A stretch of DNA of 20,000 nucleotides. It comes from an uncultured virus (IMG/VR IMGVR_UViG_3300032305_002648). Lineage: Duplodnaviria > Heunggongvirae > Uroviricota > Caudoviricetes. Each line of letters begins with the position of its first letter. Positions within the stretch are counted from its first letter, which is position 1. Below the pieces are notes generated by a model. The model was not told where the DNA came from. It ran no database searches and was given only the letters and a program-made list of their open reading frames with translations. This document shows positions 8,609 to 17,162 of the stretch, piece by piece. The translations under genes were made by a program, and so were the position numbers. Location: IMG/VR virus record IMGVR_UViG_3300032305_002648; one strand, 5' to 3'.

Positions 8609-10132
8609 TCAATATTCCAGCTCCAGTTTGCCGCGAGCCATCAAACCATTACATAGCCAAACGAGCGCGTCAACTGTATCGTCATGGGAACTAACACCAA
8701 AATTAACAATTTCATCTGTCAATGCTTGAAATTTACGGTACTTATTGAACCTGATTTTATGTTGTTCAAATAATCCCATGATTCCCCGGAACCTTGCTAC
8801 CTTATCGCCACGGAACCCTTTAACCGGATGCCACAATACATTGTAAAGACCGTGCTCAACAAGGCAAATGCGTTTGAAGTCCGCCTCCAGAGATGCTTGG
8901 TAGGCAACAGCTTCTGACCATACATCCACGCTAGTCCCGGTTGGGATATATCTGGTTCCTTCCTTGTAGACAATGCCCCATTCAAACATCATCTCCATCA
9001 TGGCTTCAAGCTTTTCCAGGTTCCCCATCAAGCGGATGCGTTTGCAATCGATGACGTAAACTTTGTCACCAACGCGCCCACCAAGGACAAATACACTGTA
9101 ATCATTTCTTTCTTTAACGCCAGCAGATAAATCTACACCAATACCAAGTCGGTCAAATTCTGTGGGGATTTGACCTTTGACAATTAGATCAGGAGAAAGG
9201 GATAATTCGCTGGTTTGTACAATTTGATTTTGATATTGGAAGCTGAAGCTAATTGGGGCCTGGCGACGACGATCTTGCAAGTATTCCAAAGACCACATCT
9301 CTGGCCAGTAAGAAGACTCCTCTCCAGCTTCGTCCACAACAATTGCAGATTGAACAAGTTGAATCCAATCTTTTTCTGGAATGAAAGTGGTGCCGTGCAT
9401 ATCGTCATGCCGGAATCTAGTGCCAAGGCAAATTGCTCGCCCTCCCTCAAACATGGTGGGAGTAATAACTGAGTTCCAGTTATCCTCCATTGCCAATCGG
9501 ATTTCGCGGTTTTTTATTTCGTCGGCGGACTTACACACGTCGTCAATTATACATAAATGGCTACGCTTAGACGTAATAGCACCTTTTAAGCCCGCACAGC
9601 ATAAAGTAAATTCTTCTTCACCTGCGGATTTGATCCCCGCAAATTTCCAATCAATACTCCAGTATTCATTACTATTGATGCCTTTAGCAATTTTAACCAT
9701 TGGAAAAATTTCGCGGTATGTTTTACTCTCTTCAATAATTCGTTTAATGGCAGCACTTTTGGGCCGCGCAACATCAACTGTATAAGAAATGTACAGGATC
9801 TTAAGTGGTTTTTTGTTTAAAGCATGCATTCCAATTGTCCACGCGCAAAACAAACCAGCAATCGTGGACTTTGCTGATCCGCGTGGGCTAAGTATATCTA
9901 CGTTGGGGCCACCAATTCCGATTAAACATTCAGTATCTTGTCCAGTACAAAGATATTTATGCCATTCTTTATGGTGCGCTGCGGGTGGTTTATCCCCTAC
10001 TACATCGCAAAAATAAGCAAAATCTGTACGCGCCCTTTCAACATCAACATCTGATGTTTTTTTTACGACCTGTTGCTTTGCAGCGGCACGTGCTGTTCTG
10101 CGATGAACGCTGTAAAGACTTGTTCCCGCCAC
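8609..10132 (-). CDS. terL: Terminase large subunit
   Basis: Walker A SPRGSAKST, Walker B LCIIDD, GTRFRHDD motif, RNase H-like GVDLS and HDDTVDA nuclease motifs; GTG start. Confidence 0.95.
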   Translation of the reverse strand: MAGTSLYSVHRRTARAAAKQQVVKKTSDVDVERARTDFAYFCDVVGDKPPAAHHKEWHKYLCTGQDTECLIGIGGPNVDILSPRGSAKSTIAGLFCAWTIGMHALNKKPLKILYISYTVDVARPKSAAIKRIIEESKTYREIFPMVKIAKGINSNEYWSIDWKFAGIKSAGEEEFTLCCAGLKGAITSKRSHLCIIDDVCKSADEIKNREIRLAMEDNWNSVITPTMFEGGRAICLGTRFRHDDMHGTTFIPEKDWIQLVQSAIVVDEAGEESSYWPEMWSLEYLQDRRRQAPISFSFQYQNQIVQTSELSLSPDLIVKGQIPTEFDRLGIGVDLSAGVKERNDYSVFVLGGRVGDKVYVIDCKRIRLMGNLEKLEAMMEMMFEWGIVYKEGTRYIPTGTSVDVWSEAVAYQASLEADFKRICLVEHGLYNVLWHPVKGFRGDKVARFRGIMGLFEQHKIRFNKYRKFQALTDEIVNFGVSSHDDTVDALVWLCNGLMARGKLELEY

Positions 10133-10186
10133 TCAGGATTAACCATATGTTGCCTTTAGCATACAGCAAAACCCTTTAAGCTGCCT

Positions 10187-10696
10187 TTAGGATTCCTCTT
10201 GTAAGATTTTTGTCCACACGCCCATGGACGCTTCTTGCAAGGGGCCCTCAATAGGGTCATCGCGGAAGATCAACAACATCTCCCTCAAGGCACGGTCAGC
10301 GCCAGCAAGAATCAGTCCTTGTTTATCCGTCAAGTGCTTTTCATCATTTAATTGCTTGATGGTTCCGCGTAATTCTTTTTGAAGCATGGCAATACGGGAA
10401 GTACCCATATCTTGCTTAATCATCCCCATATCAATGGCTTCACGCAACTTCGCAATATCCTGTTGCATGGAGTCAATCTCTTCCTCCATAATGGCGGCAA
10501 AATTGCGTTTTTTATAATTTTCTTTTGCCCAGTCGTGGCATTCTACAATTGTGCCTGTAAACCCAAGAAAGCGGGCGTATAGGTACATTTGTATTGGGGA
10601 ACTTATTTGTTTACAAAAAGCAAAAAAAGATTCTCGGTCTTTATCACTGAGACGCTTTAGCCAATTGATTACGCTTTGTAGGCTTGCCTGGACCAC
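10187..10696 (-). CDS. Putative terminase small subunit
   Basis: 169 aa helical/coiled-coil ORF immediately upstream of TerL; GTG start overlaps the upstream gene by 28 nt; exact start uncertain. Confidence 0.5.
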   Translation of the reverse strand: MVQASLQSVINWLKRLSDKDRESFFAFCKQISSPIQMYLYARFLGFTGTIVECHDWAKENYKKRNFAAIMEEEIDSMQQDIAKLREAIDMGMIKQDMGTSRIAMLQKELRGTIKQLNDEKHLTDKQGLILAGADRALREMLLIFRDDPIEGPLQEASMGVWTKILQEES

Positions 10697-11832
10697 TGAT
10701 AATCACGTTGCGATTTGTATTTATCATAATCTAGTTGCTGCTGTTGCGTGAGGCGTTGTTGGGCCCCAGCTTCAGCGGTCTGGGCAACATTGTATTGACC
10801 AGCCATTCTGGTTTGTTCGACTCCATACTTTCCAGTTGTCTCAGCGCCTTGTACAGCGTATTTACCCGTTGTTTCGGCAACCTGTGTTTGAGCCCCAGCT
10901 TCTAGTGCTTTACCTTGTACATCATATTTGCCTGTAGTTTCTGCAACACCTAATTGAGTTTCTTTGGCTGTTTGCGCAACTTGTGTTTGAGCACCCGCTG
11001 CTACTTGTTGTCCTTGGACGTTATATTGTCCCGCCATGCGTTGCTGTTCTACGCCATATTTACCTGTAGTTTCCGCAGCCCCTAATTGGGCTTCTTTAGC
11101 CGATTGTGCAACTTGCGTTTGAGCCCCGGCTTGTATTTGCTGTCCTTGAACACCGTATTTACCTGTTGTCTCTGCAACAGACTTCTGGGCTTCCGCCCCA
11201 GTTTGTGCTTGGGCTAGTCCATACTGCCCCGAGATCTGCGCGGTTCCTAGTTGAGCGCCGGCACCAATTTCAGCTGTCCTTGTTTGTGCACCTGCACCAA
11301 TTTCAGCTGTCCTTGTTTGTGCACCTGCGCCAATTTCAGCAACAGACTTCTGGGCTTCCGCCCCAGTTTGTGCTTGGGCTAGTCCATACTGCCCCGAGAT
11401 CTGCGCGGTTCCTAGTTGAGCGCCGGCACCAATTTCAGCTGTCCTTGTTTGTGCACCCGCGCCAATTTCAGCTGTCCTTGTTTGTGCACCCGCGCCAATT
11501 TCAGCTGTCCTTGTTTGTGCACCTGCTTGGGTTTGGATCCCAGCAAGCCCATACTGGCCCGCAATATTTGCAAGCGTTGCCTCGCCGCCATATTGCGTTT
11601 GTAGATTTTGACGCTGCTGCTCCCCTTGCTTTTCTAAAGTAAGGCGTGCTTCCGCCCCAGTTGCTTGTGATTGCCTGATATTTTGGCTTGTAAAAAAATC
11701 ACTATTGATACGATCTAGGTTAGACCCTAGCCGCATATTTAAAACCTGTTGCTGCTGGCTAACATCCATTAGCGCCGCTTGGTTTTGCAGCGCCTGTGAT
11801 TCTACATTTAGAACGTTAACATCTGCCGCCAT
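10669..11832 (-). CDS. 11-residue (hendecad) repeat Q/A/G-rich protein, candidate DNA pilot/ejection tube protein
   Basis: AEIGAGAQTRT / AETTGKYGVQG-type 11-aa period over most of the protein; GAGGA RBS and extended -10 upstream. Confidence 0.7.
   Translation of the reverse strand: MAADVNVLNVESQALQNQAALMDVSQQQQVLNMRLGSNLDRINSDFFTSQNIRQSQATGAEARLTLEKQGEQQRQNLQTQYGGEATLANIAGQYGLAGIQTQAGAQTRTAEIGAGAQTRTAEIGAGAQTRTAEIGAGAQLGTAQISGQYGLAQAQTGAEAQKSVAEIGAGAQTRTAEIGAGAQTRTAEIGAGAQLGTAQISGQYGLAQAQTGAEAQKSVAETTGKYGVQGQQIQAGAQTQVAQSAKEAQLGAAETTGKYGVEQQRMAGQYNVQGQQVAAGAQTQVAQTAKETQLGVAETTGKYDVQGKALEAGAQTQVAETTGKYAVQGAETTGKYGVEQTRMAGQYNVAQTAEAGAQQRLTQQQQLDYDKYKSQRDYQWSRQAYKA
11174..11527. repeat. Coding tandem repeat: 33-nt units nested in a near-perfect 165-nt duplication
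   Basis: 11174-11338 repeats at 11339-11503; the unit ccaatttcagctgtccttgtttgtgcacc occurs 5 times. Confidence 0.95.
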
Positions 11833-11852
11833 GGTAAATCCTCAGTAAGTAC

Positions 11853-11861
11853 AGTATAGCA
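11853..11861 (-). promoter_or_regulatory. Extended -10 promoter (TGcTATACT)
   Basis: TGnTATACT in a 43-nt intergenic gap, followed by a GAGGA RBS. Confidence 0.6.
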
Positions 11862-11875
11862 AGCTTAGATAAAGC

Positions 11876-12487
11876 TCAAGCAGACCGGCTTATAGAATAT
11901 CGTGGATCCGTGCCAAGTTTTGCGGCTGCCACACTCGCAAGCAGTTGATTTGCTATGGAGTTATTTAAAGCTGCAGTGCCTTCTGCCGATGTTGCTACTG
12001 CCCCTGTCGTTGCCACATTCCGTGCAACCTGACGTGTGGGGGACATAATGTCACCTTGCAATTGGAAGCCAAGATCCGCTGCTTTTGCTGCATTGATGTT
12101 TGCCAAATAAGCAGGCATATATTTCAATGCAGCTTGATTGGTGACATCTGAAGAAGCACTGAGGTAATCCAAGGCATCTTGAGGTGTATATAACCCGTAT
12201 TGGCTAAGCAAGCCAGCTTGACCTGGTGCCTGGATGTTACCAGTTGCCGCTGCGGTAAGAGGTGCAGAGTAGTTGACCGGGTTAAAGCCTATTTGGGTTT
12301 TTGCCGCGTTGAAATAATTCGGGATTGATTTATCAATTGCATTAGCACCAGGGTTCAACAAAGGGCTGGTCCGGGTGTACTGCTTAAGCCAAGGAATGTT
12401 TCCGCTGCTGCTATTAAAAGCAGTATTGGAAAAATTCGGGGCAAAAGATTGACCGGAAAGAAGGCTATCGATGAAACCGGAAGCCAT
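11876..12487 (-). CDS. Hypothetical Ala/Asn-rich protein, putative internal virion protein
   Basis: 203 aa ORF tightly packed in the operon; C-terminal helical segment. Confidence 0.7.
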   Translation of the reverse strand: MASGFIDSLLSGQSFAPNFSNTAFNSSSGNIPWLKQYTRTSPLLNPGANAIDKSIPNYFNAAKTQIGFNPVNYSAPLTAAATGNIQAPGQAGLLSQYGLYTPQDALDYLSASSDVTNQAALKYMPAYLANINAAKAADLGFQLQGDIMSPTRQVARNVATTGAVATSAEGTAALNNSIANQLLASVAAAKLGTDPRYSISRSA

Positions 12488-12489
12488 GA

Positions 12490-13278
12490 TTAGACATACC
12501 CGCCGCGTGTCGTAGCAGCATTTAGCACGGCCTGGTTACCTTGTTGCGCCAGGGCTTGTGCGCCTAGTTGGGCTTGGTTCATGGCCTGTGCGCCTTGTGC
12601 CAATTGGGTACGAAGCTGTGCGCCAGCCGCTTGACGATAGAGGTCAGCTTGTGCGCCCTTTTGAATCATGTCAAATTCATAAGGCATCAGTTTCTTCATT
12701 TGCTCCAGCTGCCCTTCTGCTTCCATGATACCCCGCGCTACTTGGCCCCTCTCGGGGGAATTAAAGGCCGTAACATCTGTATATGTACGTGGGCCATATT
12801 GACCTGTGAGGCTTGGTGCAACAGGTACATTGACGTTTCCAGAAGGGCTACCTTGGGTCAGCCGTTGACCGACGCCACCTGCCGTAAATAGCCCTGGGGT
12901 TGATGGGGCCAGTGCAGATGCCACACCAGGAATCAAACTACCCGCAGCTAGATCAACACCCAAACCTGCAGTCAATGCTGCAGCGGGTTTTGCAATATTT
13001 GCGGTCGTCAGCAAGCCGCGTTCCATTGCTGTTAGGGCACCTGGATTGGTAACAGCTTTTTGCAATACTTGCTGTACCAAAGGGGTATTGGCCAGTCCGC
13101 CCGCAAAACGTCCCGCAGCACCAGCAGCTACGCCACCCAAGGCACCTGCACCTGCGCCTAAACCAGCGCCCAGAGCAGTAGCACCAAGGGTCTTAGTAGG
13201 GTCCCCACCACTAGATTGATATGCCTGTACTCCTGACATCAACCCGCCAACCGCTGCGGGAATTAGATACGGCCACAT
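12490..13278 (-). CDS. Glycine-zipper membrane-active protein, putative ejection protein
   Basis: GATALGAGLGAGAGALGGVAAGAAG GxxxG array plus Q/A-rich coiled-coil C-terminus; AAGGAG RBS. Confidence 0.7.
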   Translation of the reverse strand: MWPYLIPAAVGGLMSGVQAYQSSGGDPTKTLGATALGAGLGAGAGALGGVAAGAAGRFAGGLANTPLVQQVLQKAVTNPGALTAMERGLLTTANIAKPAAALTAGLGVDLAAGSLIPGVASALAPSTPGLFTAGGVGQRLTQGSPSGNVNVPVAPSLTGQYGPRTYTDVTAFNSPERGQVARGIMEAEGQLEQMKKLMPYEFDMIQKGAQADLYRQAAGAQLRTQLAQGAQAMNQAQLGAQALAQQGNQAVLNAATTRGGYV

Positions 13279-13319
13279 AGTTTAACTCCTTATGTTATGT
13301 ATTTTAGGTTGAGTAATCC

Positions 13320-13943
13320 TTAAATGTTGAATGCACTCATCCCAGATGAAAGGGCCCCTGTTAAAGGTGCGATAACAGGAGCAGCCATCGGGAAAATAGC
13401 GGATGCAAGCCCGCCTGCAATACCCAGGGCAGTGCTCCCCCAACCGGGTCTACCTGGTGTGCCGGGTTGATATCCAATTTGATGTGAAGTCGGGTACGTC
13501 TCTACACTGGTCCCATCGCCCAAATCTTTAAAAGTTGAACCTAATTGAGACCATGAAGAGGCCACATTGGGTGGCGTCCCCCACGGAACATTACCCCTGC
13601 CATACGAATTCCCACCTGAGTAGCGATTTGAAAGGTTTGGATTTTGATCGAAGTAATTTTTAAGGAATTTGGATGCACCAATTACACCTTTGCCCCAGCT
13701 GGTGTCCCCCCAATTTTGTGACTTATTGCTCTTGGGATCAAGATTAAACCCCCCGCCATAAGCGTCCTTTGTTGAAAAACCGCCAATATTGTCGCTGCTG
13801 ATATCCCAACCACTCGGCATTTGATATTGCGAAAGACTGCTGCCATAGCTAGAACCCCCTAGGTCCACACCATACGAGTATGCGCCTGGGTCAAATTTTA
13901 CATTATTCCATGCGCCGCTATAATCAGTGCTGAAACCCGCCAT
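13320..13943 (-). CDS. Gly/Ser/aromatic-rich protein with a C-terminal hydrophobic helical hairpin, putative ejection protein
   Basis: 207 aa; C-terminus TALGIAGGLASAIFPMAAPVIAPLTGALSSG; GAGGGAG RBS. Confidence 0.7.
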   Translation of the reverse strand: MAGFSTDYSGAWNNVKFDPGAYSYGVDLGGSSYGSSLSQYQMPSGWDISSDNIGGFSTKDAYGGGFNLDPKSNKSQNWGDTSWGKGVIGASKFLKNYFDQNPNLSNRYSGGNSYGRGNVPWGTPPNVASSWSQLGSTFKDLGDGTSVETYPTSHQIGYQPGTPGRPGWGSTALGIAGGLASAIFPMAAPVIAPLTGALSSGMSAFNI

Positions 13944-14006
13944 TATCTCCCTCGGTAGTTGTGTGTAATTGGTAAGCTATTGGATTATTTTACGCCCAGT
14001 ACACAA

Positions 14007-14435
14007 TCAAAGATACCGCTGGGGGGCGTAAGAGCGAATTAGACTTCCAGGTGCATAGCTGGCTACGGGTTGACCAAGACTTGTCCCAAGTGGGCCAGGC
14101 ATGGCATTAGGGCGATCGTATTGGTGGCGGGCTTGAATGGTTCCAAGTTGTTGTAAATATTTCTGTTGATTCATTTGCTGCTCTATTTCCATTTGCTGTA
14201 ATTGCTGCTGATGGTTAAGCATCATTGCCTGAAGACGGTATGCCTGCGCCTTGTCTGCGCTACTGCCGCCAGGGTTTCGTGCAGGTGGTGACACAATATT
14301 TCCAATTTGGTTACCTAGTGCGGTCCCCAGTTTTTCTGCGCCAATGCGACCAGCGGTTTTTGCGGTGTTTACACCAAATTGGGCTAAAAAAGCACCCAAT
14401 TCGCTGCCAGCCATTCTTGCTACTTCGGGGTTCAT
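14007..14435 (-). CDS. Hypothetical Gln-rich protein
   Basis: 142 aa; ATGA overlap with the upstream gene; Q/M-rich coiled coil. Confidence 0.7.
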   Translation of the reverse strand: MNPEVARMAGSELGAFLAQFGVNTAKTAGRIGAEKLGTALGNQIGNIVSPPARNPGGSSADKAQAYRLQAMMLNHQQQLQQMEIEQQMNQQKYLQQLGTIQARHQYDRPNAMPGPLGTSLGQPVASYAPGSLIRSYAPQRYL

Positions 14436-14896
14436 GCTATATCTGTTGAGGGGAACGGTGTAGCCTGTCCTACAAGTCTATCATCAGCTTGATATGGGGC
14501 AGGCTTGGACATATACGGCCCAAGGTTATTTGGGTTTACGGGTTGGGAAATTAAACCCACTTGTACACCCCGTTGGTATTTATTGAGAAAATTTTGCGCT
14601 GTAATATTGTTTGAATTTTTTGGGTCTGCTTGATATGGATTGTCGCCAAAATTTGGCTGTACACCAGCTTGATCAATTTGTGGTTGAACAACAGATGTAT
14701 CAATAAAACCCTGTTTGCCAAAATCTACGCTTAATGGGTTAGTGCTTTCTTTTTGAAAATCGGCAAAAATAGATGTTGGATTAATTTGCGGTGCATTTGC
14801 CCCCAAAGTATTGACAGCTGGAGACCGACCACTCCTGACGGCTTTTGCCGTGGGCGAAGTGTAATTAATTGAAAAAGGTTGATCTCCAGTTGCCAC
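14432..14896 (-). CDS. Hypothetical P/Q/N-rich disordered protein
   Basis: 154 aa, GTG start 5 nt after the upstream stop. Confidence 0.65.
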   Translation of the reverse strand: MATGDQPFSINYTSPTAKAVRSGRSPAVNTLGANAPQINPTSIFADFQKESTNPLSVDFGKQGFIDTSVVQPQIDQAGVQPNFGDNPYQADPKNSNNITAQNFLNKYQRGVQVGLISQPVNPNNLGPYMSKPAPYQADDRLVGQATPFPSTDIA

Positions 14897-14901
14897 GGAT
14901 T

Positions 14902-15342
14902 TTACTTGCCGGTGATTAGTTTTTTAATAGAAGAAATCGCTTCTTCTTTGGTTTTGATGCCGTTGATGTGATCAGCAATGAACCTGGAGGCAGCCAGTCC
15001 AACAGGAGTGTTTGCCGCTGCGTTAAATTTGGCTACTTTTGCAACAGCTGTAGAGGGAATCCAAAGTTCAGCAACTTTTGCAGAAATAGTTTTAATTTCC
15101 TCGCCCGTCAGTTTACCGTCCCCTACCGCCTCTACAGATAGCTCAATTGCCTTTTCAGTTTGGGAACCGTTCCAGCCATGCATGAATTGGATGAGGACAG
15201 GATCAACAATATCAAAAGCTTTTTTCAGTAGTGGTCCGTACTTTATGGCCGCACCGAGTGACTTGAGAGTGCTAACTTTGTTGGCGCCAGCAGTCACAAG
15301 AGCTGCAACAACAGCGGCGGCAATAGGTTCCAGGAATGTCAT
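14902..15342 (-). CDS. Membrane-anchored protein, possibly holin-like
   Basis: N-terminal hydrophobic helix (FLEPIAAAVVAALVTAGA) followed by a K/A-rich helical domain; holin role is only an inference. Confidence 0.5.
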   Translation of the reverse strand: MTFLEPIAAAVVAALVTAGANKVSTLKSLGAAIKYGPLLKKAFDIVDPVLIQFMHGWNGSQTEKAIELSVEAVGDGKLTGEEIKTISAKVAELWIPSTAVAKVAKFNAAANTPVGLAASRFIADHINGIKTKEEAISSIKKLITGK

Positions 15343-15392
15343 TGTTTGTGCCTTGTTGAGTTTAATTTAGCACCCGCAATTGCCTAAATGGA

Positions 15393-17162
15393 TCAACCAC
15401 CCATCCATACGCTAGCGGGTTTCATAAATGGACGAAACTCTTGCGGATTGTACGGAGTGCTGGGTACAGCTTGCCTTGCTCTAGCGATGTTGGCATAATG
15501 CTCTTGCGTTTCAGCCTGGCGCATAGCATCTCGTTGTAGTTGCTCAGCCAAGAGGGCTTGACGTGATCCAGGGGCTTCTTGCATAGCGGTAGGTCCGGTT
15601 CCTTGATACAGATCATAGCCATACCCCCCTAACCTAGCTACTCTCTCAACTTCATCCATTTCGGATCGAACTTGGCGCCATCGGTTTGCCTTGGCTACGG
15701 GATTAGCTGCTACAACCGCTACAGGGGCAGGTGCTACGGCACTGGGGCCTGCAACTTGCGGGGACAAGGCTGCTTCTGGTTGCCCACCATATTTTTTGGC
15801 GAGGAGTTCGTTACGTAATGCTTCTCGTTGAATCCGATTGTAGTGCCCGTGTGACTGAAGTAGCAGCGCATCCAGGTCGCTAATTTCCTGATTGTTTGCC
15901 CCAGTAACGACAGGTGCGCCTGGTCCCATGGTTTGTCGGGTAGACAGTATTTCCGCCTGGGTTACTGGCGCATTTTGCAACAAACGCTTGGCGGGTGCTC
16001 CAGGAGGCGCCCCCTGCGCCTCTTGCTCTAAACGCATTTGGGCGGGTATAACTTCTTGGTTATATCGTTCTGTTGTTGTTTCGTGCCCTTGGGGGCCGCC
16101 ACGGATATTTGCCAAAAGATCATCAATCCGCGATTCAACAGATCCGGCGTATGCCGCTTGACGTTGAAGTTCCCCTTGGGCTTCTCTTCCGTATTGGGCG
16201 CCCTTTGCGCGTTGATAATCAGGTGCATAGCGGTTGATTACATCCATCACTATATCGGGACCCTCTTGTGGCAATACTTCGGCGGCTCCCATAGCGCCCC
16301 CTACAAGTTCCTCATTGGCGCCAATATTTTGTAGGGCAGGATGGCGAGCAGCCATTTCCGCATATTGCTGTGATTTCCTATACGCAGCGGCTTTATTGGC
16401 ATAATCAATGGTTGCCAGTTGCGCTTCTAATCCGGGGCCGGTTTGAATATTTTCTTGAATTTCATAAGGCAAGCCGCCCGCACCCTGTTCTTGGATTTGC
16501 GATAAATCTGCGACTACAACTCCACTGGGACGCTCTTGCCACGGATCCGAAATGGGTCCCGCAGGGCTGGTGGTACCGATATCCCCACGCCCCCACGTAA
16601 CCCTGCTAGTGTCCACAGGGCGCGAACCCTTGCCATAAGTGATAGGACGGCTTGTTTCAATTGTTTGCTCGGGATCTACAATGACACCTGCATTTGAAGG
16701 TGCAATAGTCTCTTCTGGGGCAGGTTCTGCCCGAAAACGGCGTGTTACCCCCTCTTTGAATCCGCCAAGAAACTCACCAACTCCAGGACGGACTCTTTCA
16801 TACAAACTTCCACCTTCTCCAGCGCCCAAGGCATTTGAAACACTGGATCTTACGTTTTGAACGTGCGGTTGAACTGTTTGAGCAACTTTTTCAATGATTT
16901 GTTTCCCTTCTGGCGTGCGGCTTAACGCAACAGCACCTGCAATTGCACCTGCCGCCAAGGCTGTTTTGCCCGCAACATCCACTAATCGGCCTACAGCATT
17001 GCGCCGAGTCCCCTCAGGACCCCTAATGCCCCCTTGGCGGCCGATATTGTTCACATATTGATATACGGTGGGCGCCAGGGCAGCCTGTTCTGCTGCAGAT
17101 TGAGGGTATGGATTGCCCGTCATCGAGGACCAGAGCGCAAAATCACGCGGCGAAGCAGGCAT
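15393..17162 (-). CDS. Large hypothetical protein, largely disordered, putative internal virion protein
   Basis: 589 aa; ordered-looking N-terminus, hydrophobic TALAAGAIAGAVAL segment, A/Q/P/E-rich remainder; first gene of the late operon. Confidence 0.75.
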   Translation of the reverse strand: MPASPRDFALWSSMTGNPYPQSAAEQAALAPTVYQYVNNIGRQGGIRGPEGTRRNAVGRLVDVAGKTALAAGAIAGAVALSRTPEGKQIIEKVAQTVQPHVQNVRSSVSNALGAGEGGSLYERVRPGVGEFLGGFKEGVTRRFRAEPAPEETIAPSNAGVIVDPEQTIETSRPITYGKGSRPVDTSRVTWGRGDIGTTSPAGPISDPWQERPSGVVVADLSQIQEQGAGGLPYEIQENIQTGPGLEAQLATIDYANKAAAYRKSQQYAEMAARHPALQNIGANEELVGGAMGAAEVLPQEGPDIVMDVINRYAPDYQRAKGAQYGREAQGELQRQAAYAGSVESRIDDLLANIRGGPQGHETTTERYNQEVIPAQMRLEQEAQGAPPGAPAKRLLQNAPVTQAEILSTRQTMGPGAPVVTGANNQEISDLDALLLQSHGHYNRIQREALRNELLAKKYGGQPEAALSPQVAGPSAVAPAPVAVVAANPVAKANRWRQVRSEMDEVERVARLGGYGYDLYQGTGPTAMQEAPGSRQALLAEQLQRDAMRQAETQEHYANIARARQAVPSTPYNPQEFRPFMKPASVWMGG

